Shown: positions 26,682-40,627 of the stretch, piece after piece
Layout: the number at the start of each line of letters is the position of its first letter
How positions within the stretch are numbered: the stretch's first letter is position 1
Source: Octopus sinensis
Taxonomy: Eukaryota
Assembly (NCBI RefSeq): GCF_006345805.1
Contig: NC_043011.1
Coordinates: forward strand, 49,302,464-49,366,463
Direction: 5' to 3'
Length of the DNA stretch: 64,000 bases
Program-made: the position numbers and the translations under genes
Notes under the pieces: generated by a model
Told to the model about the DNA's origin: nothing
What the model saw: the letters and a program-made list of their open reading frames with translations, nothing else
Databases searched by the model: none

Positions 26682-27005
26682 GTATATATATAATATATAT
26701 TATATATATATATAATATATATGTATATATATATGTATATATAGTATATTTAATATATATATATATAATTATAATACATGTGTGTGTCTACGTACATATA
26801 TGTATATGTACATATAAATATGGTGTGCATGTATACATGTATGTACGTATGAGTGTATGTGTATGTATGCATGTATGTATGTAGTAGGCGTGTGTTGTGT
26901 GTGTTTAGATTGATGAGTATTTAAAGTGAAAGAGGGATTATCTATCATATTAGAGGAAGAAAGTGAATGAGAGAGAGAGAACAAAAGAGAGAGAGAGAGA
27001 GAGAT

Positions 27006-27047
<42 letters not shown>

Positions 27048-27229
27048 CCAAACACAGACAGAGACAGAGAAGAAAGAAGAGCATGTAAATGAAAGTGAAA
27101 GTACAGCAACAACTAAAAAAAAAACAATAACAACAACGACGACGACGATGATGATGATGATATCAACGGTGTATTGAAAATGACAGAAGTCTTTGATCAA
27201 TGAGTTTCGAAAGTGAACGGTGAGACAGA

Positions 27230-27810
27230 GAGACGGACAGACAGACAGATTACATTTATCATCAACACCTCACCTCCAGTCGTCACTAGCTCCAGCCATC
27301 GGTATTTACACTACCACCGCCGCCATAATCACCACACCACCGCCACAGCTAACATTAGTGGCACCAACCAACATGTCCACTAACAGCTCCACCATCACGG
27401 CCACCACCGTCACTGTAAAAACAACTACAACTCTAACACCACCAGCACCACCCCACCACCACCAATAACAACAAGATTACCACCATCACCCATTACCACT
27501 GTCAACAACAACCAGAACTCTGCCATCACCACCACCACCATCACCACCATCGTCATCAGCATCATCAGCATCATCCCCACTGTCACCAACGACAACAATA
27601 ATAATAGAGCAACTTCACTACGACCACCGCTATCAGCACCATCATCACTATAACCACCATGAACAACAGCCACAGCAACTCTACCATCATCTCCACCTTC
27701 ATCATCATCATCATCACATTCATCATCGTTATCATCATCAGAACCATCACCACCTCAATCACCAACACCACAGCCGCCACAGCCACAGCAACTCTACCAT
27801 TACATCCACC

Positions 27811-27843
<33 letters not shown>

Positions 27844-28010
27844 GCAACCACCACCACCACCACAACGGCCACCACCACAACGACCACCAACACAATCACC
27901 GCCACCACAATCACCGCCACCACCACAACCAACAACAACAACATCTCCACCAACACCAACGGCAACAACAATTGTAGTAAACACCATATCCCCTAACATC
28001 GTCACCACCA
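27230..28010. repeat. (CAC)/(CAT)/(CAA) low-complexity trinucleotide tract
   Basis: Direct reading. Confidence 0.9.
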
Positions 28011-28945
28011 TCGCCATAAAGATGGATTGGTCATGGCTGGAACATCTTTCATCAGATCATTCACAGACATCCTTCTTAGAAGGATGTCTGTATTCGCTCA
28101 ACCTTCTTCAAACTACATAACACTGGCATATAAAGAAAACGGAGACATTGGGTAATGTAGTCCAATATACACTATGCCAGGAAAGCAAGAATCTTTGGTC
28201 GAGTGTCTACTGGATCAGGAGTAGGAGAAGGGATCTATTTCACAAGTATCACTAGTTTGATTTGAAAAATATAGCAGTGAAATCTCCCTCAAATACCGAT
28301 TAACGATCTCAAAAAGCGACCCGCTGGATACGAGGTGCTGACTTTCTTGCATACAGGAGTAGAAAAAAAAAATAAAGGACGAGTTGGTCACGTTTGGAAA
28401 GGCTTTAAGCATAGGTTTGCTTTTATAAGAGAAACACGTTGTGCAATCATCGAGTCGAAAGAGTACTGGAGTCGGAAAAACGCAAGATTTTGCAGGACTT
28501 TCCTCTTCAATAGGCAAGAAGTTAGAAAATAATAGACCGGACATAACAAGTGTAGACAAAGGAAAAGCGACGTTGCTTAGTAATTGATCTATCATGCCCA
28601 TTTAATTCCAAAATCGTAAAGAAAATACAATCGCTTACAACTTGAAATAGGAAGAATTTGGAAAATGAAAACTGTAGATTGATGCGTTGGGAACAGTAAG
28701 CAAATATATAGACAAATGGCTGCAGGATATTGAAATAGAATTCCCTGATGAGCTCCTTGAAAATAAGTTTCTTTCTTAGAGACAGCAAGGATTATGAAGA
28801 GGGTTCTAAGCACTTGAAAGAGTACCGAAAACTTGAGTAAACTTGAAGTTACAGGTAAGTAACTCGATACCCACATAAATCCTTCCAGGAATAAGATTGA
28901 ACTTGGGTCAAAGTCAAATAGTAGTAAAAATAATATTAATGATGA
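28010..28945 (+). mobile_element. Decayed 3' end of an RLE-type (R4/Dong-like) non-LTR retrotransposon
   Basis: Frameshifted peptides VLESEKRKILQDFPLQ, KKLENNRPDIT, RRCLVIDLSCPF, LQLEIGRIWKMKTV and ETARIMKRVLST*: PD-(D/E)xK restriction-like endonuclease; ends in a taa/tga-rich tail. Confidence 0.75.
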
Positions 28946-29337
28946 TAATGATGATGATTGTGGTGGTGGTGGTGGTGGTGGTAGTCGATCTCGTCGATTT
29001 CAATATATGAGTGTTTGAAGAAGAAGCTTAAATGAAAAGAAAAGAAAAAAGTGAGGAAAAGAGAAAACAACTTCGCGTGAAAGTAATTTGAATCCAGGGA
29101 TAGACTTTGCTATGAAGTTGCAATGGGGACACTGATGATTTTGATTTTGCCCGCGATTGAGCAAATGTGTCTATTGGTTGCGGGATATAGTTCTTTCATT
29201 GTTCTATTTCTTCAAATCAAATTGTTTTGATGCACCATGATATATTTTAGGCCATACAGATCGATCTAGGCAATGACTTTGCCAAGATGTCAATTTAAAC
29301 CATAGAGGTTTTAGTGATTGCTTCAACTTAGCTGTAT

Positions 29338-29562
29338 ACCTATTTCTTTATTACCCACAAGGGGCTAAACACAGAGGGGACAAACAAGGACAGACATGGG
29401 TATTAAGTCGATTACATTGATCCCAGTGCGTAACTGGTACTTAATTTATCGACCCCGAAAGGTGAAAGGCAAAGTCGACCTTGGCGGAATTTGAACTCAC
29501 AACGTAACGGCAGACGAAATACCTCTAAGTATTTCGCCCGGCGTGCTAACGTTTCTGCCAGC
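29338..29562 (-). mobile_element. Family A SINE
   Basis: acctatttctttattacccacaagg...tttctgccagct. Confidence 0.9.
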
Positions 29563-29936
29563 TAAGACAAGACTTCCTTTACCGCGGTATTCCTCCACTT
29601 GTTGGCCATAACAAAAGAAATTTGGAATGCGATGATCTTTCATAAATTAGTACCAGTTGAACACTGGTGCTGATATAATCGACTTGCCCTCTCCCCACAA
29701 ATATCAGGCCCTCTCCCTATAGCAGAAAGGAGACACAGTGTCGGTAAAAATGCACCGGCGTCTTAAGTCATCTGTCAAGTCACAACAAGGACTACATTAC
29801 ATGAGTACAATTTGGTTTTTCCACTCTTTCATGCTATGCATCAGAAAATTTGTGATATTGTCAGCAACACATTATTATTATTATTATTATTATTATATTA
29901 TTATTATTATTATATTATTATTATTATTATTATTAT

Positions 29937-30452
29937 ATGTTTGACTTTTGCTTTATATTTGTACAAGTTGGCTCCAAGTCTCACCCAGAGACCTCAAGAA
30001 ACAACAGGCTGGAAGTTCGTATAGTTGTTATGCCTAGTGTGCTATATATTTGGTTTTGTATTTAGTGTTGTACTAGTGAATGCCTAAAAAAAAACGGAAG
30101 TTATGTTTGTTTTAAAACTTGAGATTACATAGAAAGTATTTTGCGTAGGATATGAGCAATTCCCATGAGCACTATCTTTTGAATTTCTATCATTTTGGGG
30201 TTTCCCGGTATCTGAGTTAGGTAGCGATCAGCCCCTTTTGCTATCATTCCCAGGGCACCTATGACAACAGGTATTGTTTTAGTCTTCAGCTTCCACATTT
30301 TGCTGATTTCTATTTCAAGATCTTTATATTTGCTCAGTTTTTGGTAGGTCTTGACAGATACGTTTATATCGATTGGGACAGTCATATCAACGAGGAGGCA
30401 TGTTCTTTGTTTGAAGTCTTTCAATATGATGTCTGGCCTATTTGCATCTATC
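29937..30452 (-). mobile_element. 5'-truncated RLE-type (Dong/R4-like) LINE: endonuclease C-terminus plus 3' UTR
   Basis: Open frame 30125-30452 DANRPDIILKDFKQRTCLLVDMTVP...KLSKYKDLEIEISKMWKLKTKTIPVVIGALG; (TAA)n on both sides. Confidence 0.9.
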
Positions 30453-30468
30453 ATTATTATTATTATTA

Positions 30469-30526
<58 letters not shown>

Positions 30527-30754
30527 TTATGTTTGACTTTTGCTTTACATTTGTACAAGTTGGCTCCAAGTCTCACCCAGAGACCTCAAGAGACAAGCTA
30601 GAAGTTCATGTTGGTATTAAGCCTAGGGTGCCATATATTTGGTTTTGTTCACAATGCTGCTCTACAGAATGTTTAGGAAACCATAAGAAAATTGTGTTTC
30701 TTTTAAAATTTGAGATTACATAGACAGTAGTTTACGTAGGATACGGGCAGTTCT
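30527..30754 (-). mobile_element. Second, shorter copy of the same LINE family (3' UTR plus last codons)
   Basis: atgtttgacttttgcttta...ggctccaagtctcacccagagacctcaaga matches 29937-30130; (TAA)n on both sides. Confidence 0.85.
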
Positions 30755-30787
30755 ATTATTATTATTATTATTATTATTATTTAGTAT

Positions 30788-30822
<35 letters not shown>

Positions 30823-31226
30823 TATTATTATTATTATTATTATTATTATTTATTATTATTATTATCATTTATTATTATTATCATTTATTATTGTTATCAT
30901 TTATTATTATTATTATTATTTATTATTATTTATTATTATTATTATCATTTATTATTATTTTCATTTATTATTATTATTATCATTTATTATTATTATTATC
31001 ATTTATTATTATTTTATTATTATTATTTATTATTATTATTATCATTATTATTATTATTATAAATATTATAACTACACCACATCATTAATGCTACGTTTAC
31101 TACGTTGCATAACAACTACACTATATTAAAACTAAATTAAATTGTATTATAACTTAGTAGTAGTAGTAATAGTAGTAGTAGTAGTAGTAGTAGTAGTAGC
31201 AGCAGCAAAAGTAGAAGTAGTAGTAT

Positions 31227-31273
<47 letters not shown>

Positions 31274-31349
31274 AAAGTAGTAGTAGTAGTAGTAGCAGCA
31301 GAAAAAGTAGAAGTAGTATTGGTAGTAAAAGTCGTAGTAGTAGTAATAA

Positions 31350-31400
<51 letters not shown>

Positions 31401-31420
31401 CAGCAGCAGCAGCTAAGAAC
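30755..31420. repeat. (TTA)n/(TAA)n then (TAG)n microsatellites
   Basis: Direct reading. Confidence 0.95.
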
Positions 31421-31540
31421 AACCACCCAACGCACTACACTGTAACGTTACTACAGTAGTTGACCATCAAAGCTGTGCTAGTACTCAACTACTATTACTA
31501 ATACTACAATCACCACCACCACCACCACCATCACCAACAT

Positions 31541-31572
<32 letters not shown>

Positions 31573-31722
31573 ACACAACAACCACCACCACCACTGGAGG
31601 TAATATCTCGTTGCTGTCACATGGCAATATTTTCAGTTATCAATATTTTATATCATCGCCGTTATCGTCGTTGTCACCCTCCACTCACACTATCGTTACA
31701 CTTCGAAGTTACCAATGTTGCG

Positions 31723-31754
<32 letters not shown>

Positions 31755-31950
31755 AATATATAAACACACACACATAATGTTATCATATACCTCTACATAT
31801 TTTCATATATATATATATATATTTATATACATATATATATTTATATATATATATATGTATGTATTTATATAATATATATATACATACATACATGCATACA
31901 TACATACATATATATATATATATATCTGTATGTATATATATGTACATAAA

Positions 31951-31990
<40 letters not shown>

Positions 31991-32034
31991 AACACATATA
32001 CATAAATATTTATGTGTGTGTGTGTGTGTGTGTA

Positions 32035-32228
32035 TGTTTGTGTGTCTGTGTTTGTCCCCCCCAACATCGCTTGACAACCGATGCTGGTGTGTTTACGTCC
32101 CCGTAACTGAGCGGTTCGGAAAAAGTGACCGATAGAATAAATACTAGGCTTACAAAGAGTGCTCGACTAAAGGCGGTGCTCCAGCATGGCCGCAGTCAAA
32201 TGACTGAAACAAGTAAAAGAGTAAAAGA
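32035..32228 (+). mobile_element. Family B SINE 3' half
   Basis: gtttgtcccccc...gactgaaacaagtaaaagagtaaaagag. Confidence 0.85.
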
Positions 32229-32977
32229 GTATATATATATGCACATAAACACACGCACACAAGATCTTCTATACGTACACACACACACATACACATACTC
32301 ACATATACACATATTTATGTAAGCATGTGTATATGCACGCATGCATATACACATGCGCGCACATACGGGTATTTGTTCGTTTGAATCTGCGTGCATTTCA
32401 GAAAATCGTTTCCATTCTCACCACCACCACCACCGCCACCACCACCACCGCCACCACTACCACCACCACCACCACCACCACCACCACCACCACCTCCATC
32501 AACCACCACCACCACCACCACCACAAACATCATCATCCTCATCATCATCATCATCGTTTAATATTACGACAAGCAAAAATATGTAACAACAGAGCGTCAC
32601 GAACACGAACACGAACATCAGAGAATATTCACATACACACAGGTACATACACACGTATATTACATACCCACACATACGTACGCATACACATACATATATA
32701 TACACGCACACACACACACACACACACAAGCGCACATAATGTGATATCGCATATACACGCTGGATCCAACAACAAAAGCCAATATGGCTGACGATTTACG
32801 TCACGGTTGGTTGACAACAAAGAAATCATGAGAAGAGGTGGAGGATGGGTGAGACGGTGAAGTGGATGTGGAACGTGAGGTAGCTTTGCGGCGGAGTGTA
32901 TACTGTAGTTCTATAGACTGACGATATTCTATACCCAACGGCTGCAAGCATGAATAATATATACATATATATATATA

Positions 32978-33028
<51 letters not shown>

Positions 33029-33067
33029 CATAAGTGTGTGTCTTTATATGCATATATATGTCTGTCC

Positions 33068-33114
<47 letters not shown>

Positions 33115-33115
<1 letters not shown>

Positions 33116-33230
33116 TCTTTCATTCTTTTATTGTTTCAGTCATTTGACTGCGCCATGCTGGAGCACTGCCTTTATTCGAGCAAATCGACCCCAGGACTTA
33201 TTCTTGTAAGCCTAGTACTTATTCTAAGTT
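33115..33230 (-). mobile_element. Family B SINE 3' fragment
   Basis: gtttcagtcatttgactgcgccatgctggagcac...gtaagcctagtacttattct. Confidence 0.8.
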
Positions 33231-33286
33231 AAGGGGATGGAACACAGCAACATCGGTGTCAAACTATTGGTTGAGGGCAAACAGAC

Positions 33287-33338
<52 letters not shown>

Positions 33339-33752
33339 GTTATATATACATATATATATGTATATACATATATATGTATATATATTATATATATATATAT
33401 TGTTAATAAAATAGAACATATGCATATATATAACATATATTATTATATAATATTATGTATGTTTATATGTATGTATATACATATATACATACATATATGT
33501 ACATATCCACATACCTTCACACACAAAGACACACTCACACACATATACATACATTCTTACATTGCATATTTACATACCCACCACACTCCCGAACACACGT
33601 GCATTAAAGTATGATCTTAGCCAAAAGGCCGGGAAGTGATGTATGCGCGCGCATGTGTTTGTGTGCGCCTCTGTGTGTGTGTGTGTGTGTATATAAATAT
33701 TATATACAGACAATTACATCCGTGAGGTATGTGTATGTGCGTGTGAGCGCGA

Positions 33753-33812
<60 letters not shown>

Positions 33813-33814
<2 letters not shown>

Positions 33815-34180
33815 GGCGCAGGAGTGGCTGTTGTGGTAAGTAGCTTGCTAACCAACCACACGGTTGCGGGTTCAGTCCCACTGCGTGGCATCTTGGGCAA
33901 GTGTCTTCTGCTATAGCCCCGGGCCGACCATGCTTGTGATTGGATTTGGTAGACGGAAACTGAAAGAAGCCTGTCGTATATATGTATATATATGTATATG
34001 TGTGTATGTGTTTGTGTGTCTGTGTTGTCCCCCTAGCATTGCTTGACAACCGATGCTGGTGTGTTTAGGTCCCCGTCACTTAGCGGTTCGGCAAAAAGAG
34101 ACCGATAAAATAAGTACTAAAAGGTGGTGCTCCAGCATGGCCGCAGTCAAATGACTGAAACAAGTAAAAGAGTAAAAGAG
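33813..34180 (+). mobile_element. Family B SINE
   Basis: taggcgcaggagtggctg head; tail gtaaaagagtaaaagag; small internal deletion. Confidence 0.9.
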
Positions 34181-34716
34181 AGAGATATATATATATATAA
34201 AAATAGATGAGTGTATTTTTACCTTGTTAACAATTAACACGGAAAAAATAGATAAATAGTTACCAGGGCAGCAAAAATCTCACAAGTAAAGGTGTTGTAA
34301 CTCCTTGTTTATAAAGGTAGAAACTTCGTGTTTACGTTGAATATTTTGAATAATATATGAATAAAAACTTTAATTTCCTTTATATTTAACATTCACTATT
34401 AATATCCCTACTCTTTCTGTTAGCTACTTATGACGTTATATCATATAACGTTTTTTTTAAACAATATTAATAGCGTTCTGTCTATTGCTATACAAATCCA
34501 TCATTTTTTTGCTAAAATGTCTTATTGACGAGTTTCGTTTTTTTTCACTTTCCTGAGGAGAAGATTGCATTGTTTAATACCATTTATTCTTTTGAATAGT
34601 ATCAGTGGGATTTTCGAAACATGTGTCGAAAGTAAAATTATTTGATTACACCTGCGTGAACTCCATTTTCTATTCACACACACACACACACACACACACA
34701 ACACACACACACACAC

Positions 34717-34771
<55 letters not shown>

Positions 34772-34902
34772 CAATAATATGTTACATTTTATCTTGACTA
34801 TCGAGTAATGTAACATATTATTGTATAGATAAATTTCCTCTATTTACATAATATTGAGGTCTCTTTCTTTCTTTTGTTATCTTACCGTTTTACCTATATA
34901 TA

Positions 34903-34956
<54 letters not shown>

Positions 34957-35757
34957 GTATAATATATGCGCGTGCATTGTATACACATCAATGCGTTACG
35001 ACATGTGTATTATCTAGAATTCGATAGTAGTCTAACAGCGAACTAATAAGTCTGTATGCGTGTGTATGTGTGTGTGTGTACATGTTTGTGTGTATGCACG
35101 TGCGCAGCGTGTGTGTGTGTGTGTATGTGGATGCCAATTACGTAAGTTGTTCTCTTTGTAACAGAAAAGCTCTGGATTCGATCCAATGATGAGAAATTTC
35201 GGGTGGCGGGAGATTAATATTTTCTGCCATACCCTAGGGTACACTTATAGTTTATGAAGGAATCGGGTAGACGGAAACTATGGAAGCCCGTCCTATGTAG
35301 TTTACCTAGAATTCAAACGCTTGTTCCTTTCGCGCTTTGGGTAATGTTAAATCTTATTGAGAATTCTAAGGGTACACGTGCCTATGGAGAAATCATCTGC
35401 CTGTTTGTCTTTCTCTCTCTCTTTCTTTCTTTCACTCTATCTCTATCTTATTCTCTTTCTCTCTCTCTCTTTCTTTCTTTCACTCTATCTCTATCTTATT
35501 CTCTCTCTCTCTCTCTCTCTATGTGTCTGTCTATCTACCTGGCTATCTTCCTATTTATCAATCAATTGACCTTCCAGTATGTCTGTCTGTCTGTCTGTAT
35601 GTATGTGTGTGGGTAGGTAGTTAGGTAGGTAGGTAGGTAGGTATTCATACATTTATGAATTTTCACACGCATACATTTAGGTATATGCTTGTGTATGGTA
35701 CACACTCACACACATTCACACACACTAACCGCAAGTACAAACGTATATAAGAATATA

Positions 35758-36054
35758 CGCACACCGAACACGTACTTATATATAAGCACACACGAACAAA
35801 CATATATATACACCTGTTGCAGGTATACATACACATACATATGTATGTATGTATGTATATACGCACACCGTACACGTACTTATATATAAGCACACACAAA
35901 CAAACATATATATACACCTGTTGCAGGTATACATACACATACATATGTATGTATGTATGTATGTATGTATATACGCACACCGTACACGTACTTATATATA
36001 AGCACACACAAACAAACATATATATACACCTGTTGCAGGTATACATACACATAC

Positions 36055-36085
<31 letters not shown>

Positions 36086-36840
36086 TGCATGTACGTATGT
36101 ATGTATGTATGTATGTATGAATGCGTGTATGTATGTATGTATGTATGTATGCATGTACGTATGTATGTATGTATGTATGTATGCATGTATGTATGTATGT
36201 ATGTATGTATGTATGAATGTATGTATGAATGTATGTATGCATGTACGTATGTATGTATTTATGTATGTATGTATGCATGTATGTATGTATGTATGTATGT
36301 ATGTATGCTTGTATGTATGTATGTATGTATCTATGTATGTATGTATGTACGTATGTATGTATGTATGTGTGTATGTATGTATGTAAGTATGTATGTATGT
36401 ATGTATGTATGTATGTATGTGTGTATGTATGTATGCATGTACGTATGTATGTATGTATGTATGTATGCATGTATGTATGTATGTATGTATGTATGTATGA
36501 ATGTATGTATGAATGTTGTATGCATGTGTACGTGTATGTATTTATGTATGTATGTATGCATGTATGTATGTATATGTATGTATGTATGTATGTATGCTTG
36601 TATGTATGTATGTCGTATCTATGTAGTATGTCTGTACGTATGTATGTATGTATGTATGTGTGTATGTAGTATTGTACGTATGTATGTATGTATGTATGTG
36701 TGTATGTATGATGTAAGTATGTATGAATGTGGTGTGTATGTATGTATGCATGTATGCATGTATGTATGTATGTATGTATGTATGTATGCTTGTATGTATG
36801 TATGTATGTATCTATGTATGTATGAATGTGTATGTATGTA
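35758..36840. repeat. Three ~104-112-bp units running into a long (TATG)n array
   Basis: cgcacaccg unit starts at 35758, 35862 and 35974. Confidence 0.9.
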
Positions 36841-37576
36841 ATATATGTGTGTATATATATATATATATACACACATATATATATACACACAGACACTCAT
36901 TCATACATACAAGTGTGTGTGTCTGTGTGTGTGTGTTTAATTATGATATGAATTTGTTTGACGAAAATAATTAGAAATTTTATCAAACAACTGCAACACC
37001 CACTGCAGCTGCAACTGCCTGCAGTAGTTGCTACATGACGCTGGTGTTGGTGCATCGACAACAAACAACCGTCGGTGCAATAAGCCGGAGAGGGAAGCAT
37101 CGGCAGCATGGTTGCGTGACGTGCTAGAAATAGCAACCAAATTCTCTCTTACAATACGCCTTGGCGAAGGACTCAATGAACAGAGAGTGTAAGTTTAGGT
37201 AACCCTAGAAGGACTTCTAGAAGTTGGTGCGCTCAGCAACGATTGACCTGGGGCTTTAACATTAATAACAGCAATAGCCTCGGCTATAACAATTCCGGTT
37301 GCCACTGCTACAGCTAGGTACCCCTAGATCAGTAGCTCTCAACCGGGTTCCGTATAACCCCTGAGGGTTCATATAAAACATAGGGAGTCCTTGTAAGATT
37401 TTGCTTTTCAAAATTTAAGTGCGAAGTGCCCAAAGTCACACACCGGAATTGTCAAAGACGCGCTTCAATTTCATCTAAAACTGGAGAAGATAAATAAAAT
37501 GACGATCAATACACACATACTCGTACGTGGTAAACAAAATGAAATGAATATAAAATAATAATTAATAAATGATAAA

Positions 37577-37610
<34 letters not shown>

Positions 37611-37659
37611 TATAATAATAATAATATAATAATAATATATTATAATCTTTTCTACTCTA

Positions 37660-37998
37660 AGAGCGGGGCCAGTCGATTACATCGACCCCAATACGCAACT
37701 GGTGCTTAATTTATCGATCCCGAAAGGACGAAAGGCAAAGTTGACCTCGGCGGAATTTGAACTCAGAACGTAAAAACAGACGAAATACCTATTTCTTTAC
37801 TATCCACATGGGGCTAAACACAGAGAGGAAAAACAAGGACAGACAAATGGATTAAGTCGATTATATCGACTCCAGTGCGTAACTGGTACTTATTTAATCG
37901 ACCCCAAAAGGATGAAAGGCAAAGTCGACCTCGGTGGAATTTGAACTCAGTAACGGCAGACGAAATACGCCTACGCATTTCTGCCAGCTCGCCGCCTT
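37660..37998 (-). mobile_element. Two abutting family A SINEs (partial ~37660-37789 and ~37786-37998)
   Basis: Junction cagacgaaatacc|tatttctttac. Confidence 0.85.
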
Positions 37999-38386
37999 GT
38001 AATAATGATAATAATAATAATAATAATAATAATAATGGTTTCAAATTTTGGCACAAGGCCAGCAATTCCGGGGAGTAGTTAAGTCGATTGCATCGACCCC
38101 TGTACTCAACACCCCGAAAGGATATCTACAACGCTCAAAACAATGTTAACATATTTTTTTTATAAACAATTGCTAATAATGTTCATTATAAGAAAACATA
38201 TAAAAGAGGGTTTTTCAAAAAAAATTTAAATATCGAATGGCTTTTGGAGGTCCACCAGAGTAAAACAGAAATAAAAAAAAAGGGTCCACAGGTAAAGAGG
38301 TGTTTGAGAACTACAGCTGTTGGTGGTCTTCTGGTGTGACAAAAATGGCAAAATGTCCCTGAAATTAATATTTATTGAATTTATAA

Positions 38387-38530
38387 AGCGGAGAGCTGGT
38401 AGATTCGTTTGCATGCCGGGTAAAATGCTCAACGGCATTTCACCCGTCTCTATGTTCTGAGTTCAAATTTCGCCGGGGTCGACTTTGCCCTTCATTCCTC
38501 CGGGGTGTCGATGAAATATGTATCAGTTGA
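38387..38530 (+). mobile_element. Diverged family A-like SINE
   Basis: gcggagagctggtag...gagttcaaatttcgccggggtcgactttgcc. Confidence 0.7.
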
Positions 38531-38879
38531 CTAGTGGGTGTGGACGTGCCTAGATTTGAAATAAGTATTTGTATTTATAAAGATACCTTAGATAATGTTG
38601 TTAGAGATTTATGAGGTTTTAATAATTGACGGGATGGTCACGGGATGGAAAGCATTTGATCGTAGATGTGCTGGATCTGCACTAACCTAGAGCTAAGCAA
38701 TAAGACCTGTATGAACTATTCAAAAATGAACGGTCTGTTATGGACGTTTGTGGACACATGTGACGGAGTAGTCCTAGATATACTGCCTACGTATATCTAG
38801 GTAGAAAAACAGGTAGGAAGGTCACGGCTGGAATTTCTCAGATGAGAGGTCTGCTGGATCTGGGCGTATATGGGGTTAA

Positions 38880-38979
38880 NNNNNNNNNNNNNNNNNNNNN
38901 NNNNNNNNNNNNNNNNNNNNNNNNNNNNNNNNNNNNNNNNNNNNNNNNNNNNNNNNNNNNNNNNNNNNNNNNNNNNNNN
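38880..38979. other. Assembly gap (100 N)
   Basis: Run of exactly 100 N, typical of a scaffolding gap of unknown size. Confidence 0.99.
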
Positions 38980-39105
38980 TCCATTCCGGTATCACGTCTG
39001 ATGGTGTCAAGCCAGCGGGTTCTTGGTCGGCCTCTTCCTCTCTTGTCACTGACCATTCCGAGCATGATGTCCTTTTCCAGGGATTATCTCCGCATAATAT
39101 GACCG
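38980..39105 (-). mobile_element. RTE-clade LINE C-terminal fragment
   Basis: GHIMRR*SLEKDIMLGMVSDKRGRGRPRTRWLDTIRRD: the G-R-P-x-x-R-W motif of RTE ORF ends; cut by the gap. Confidence 0.8.
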
Positions 39106-39444
39106 ATATATTATATATATATAAAATTAACGGCCCAAAGAGACACACAAGCAAAATGGTATGAATGCAACCATATTCACCTTTGCCCTTTTTCGTCTCT
39201 ATGTTCTTCTTCTCTAGTTATTCTTCTCTCTGATGAAACTCCTTTTTTTCAGATCGGTTTTATTACCAAATATGATTAATATTTTTTACATATTTTGAAT
39301 ATCAATGGTAATACCATATAACATTGGAGGCAGAAACAGCTGTTAGATGGGATGCAGTCTATTATACATTGAATTAATAAATAATAATTTATGTAGGTCA
39401 ACTGTTGTTAATCAGTACTTCTCCATTTTCTGTTTTCTTTAACT

Positions 39445-39508
<64 letters not shown>

Positions 39509-39692
39509 GTCACAAAACTGACTAGCACCGCTCTTGCTAAAAATAAGAGTCAAATATCTCAAAAGGCCATAAAAGTCTTAATAAGTAACAAATTTGTTAT
39601 ATATATAGTTAATCCAAACATGAAAACAACAACACGAGGAGGTGGAAAAGGATAGTGTTATTGGACGCTCAGGAAAGGAAAGAAAGAAGGAG

Positions 39693-39729
39693 GATTTAAC
39701 GTTTTGAGCCGAGCTCTTCATCAGAAACA
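39693..39729 (-). ncRNA. Hammerhead-like motif, probably inactivated (GAAA reads AAAA)
   Basis: Minus strand UUU CUGAUGA A GAGC UCG GCUC AAAAC GUU AAA, within a ~200-bp (TA)n-flanked element 39605-39810. Confidence 0.5.
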
Positions 39730-40221
39730 TAGAAAAAACGAAAGATCCAAGGAAGGGAAAACGGAGGAACAAATTGCCAACGATAAACACGCGGTCACAT
39801 ATTACATATATATATACGCTTATATAAACTTATATAAACGTGGACATACTTATACTTCTGCATACAGCTGCAATTATTTTATACATGTACAATATATGTA
39901 TGTATATTCGCACACAAATATATATTGCTTCAAATCGCTTTTATCATATCATTATCTAGTAGTCACCGAAAGGCGCATAATGATTTTAAAAAGAAGTAAA
40001 TGTCTGAATACGCAATTTTTCCGGTGATCATTGGAGACGACAAATCTGTAACATTTTCCTGCGTAACGGAAAATTTGCAGCTCCAACTCATTGACTACAT
40101 GCCATACACTTTAATGGGCACTTTAAAAACATTAGTGTACCTAGGTACACACATGCACTCACACAGAAGCACAGCACACATACATGTATATAACTGTGTA
40201 TACTTATACAGATATATAATA

Positions 40222-40322
<101 letters not shown>

Positions 40323-40539
40323 ATAATGATAATAATAAAATGTAACAACAAAAGAATGAGACCGCAAGAGGGTTATGTCTATGTATTGTGAGAATATGGT
40401 TGCATGTATTTTTTTAAACTTTTTTTTTCTTTTTCGAATTATTAGAGTAACTTCCCTTTTATTCAACTGTTTTTGTTTTAAGCATCTGCTGCCGACATTG
40501 CACACTCCGAGAATATAATGACAACCTTTGACTGTTCTG

Positions 40540-40572
<33 letters not shown>

Positions 40573-40627
40573 TCTATCCATACGCACACATACACACACA
40601 CACACACACACACGCACACTCATATAC

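Noticed and set aside
27659-28120. Pro/Ser/Thr-rich ORF (QPPPPPQRPPPQ), and similar His/Thr/Val-rich ORFs at 32327-32791 and 62071-62839
   Set aside because: Products of (CAC)/(CAT) trinucleotide tracts; no splice or domain evidence
28745-28768. ctgatgagctccttgaaa (and ctgatgagtcc at ~50636)
   Set aside because: No stem II; both lie in decayed LINE or Tc1 coding sequence (the latter encodes SDES)
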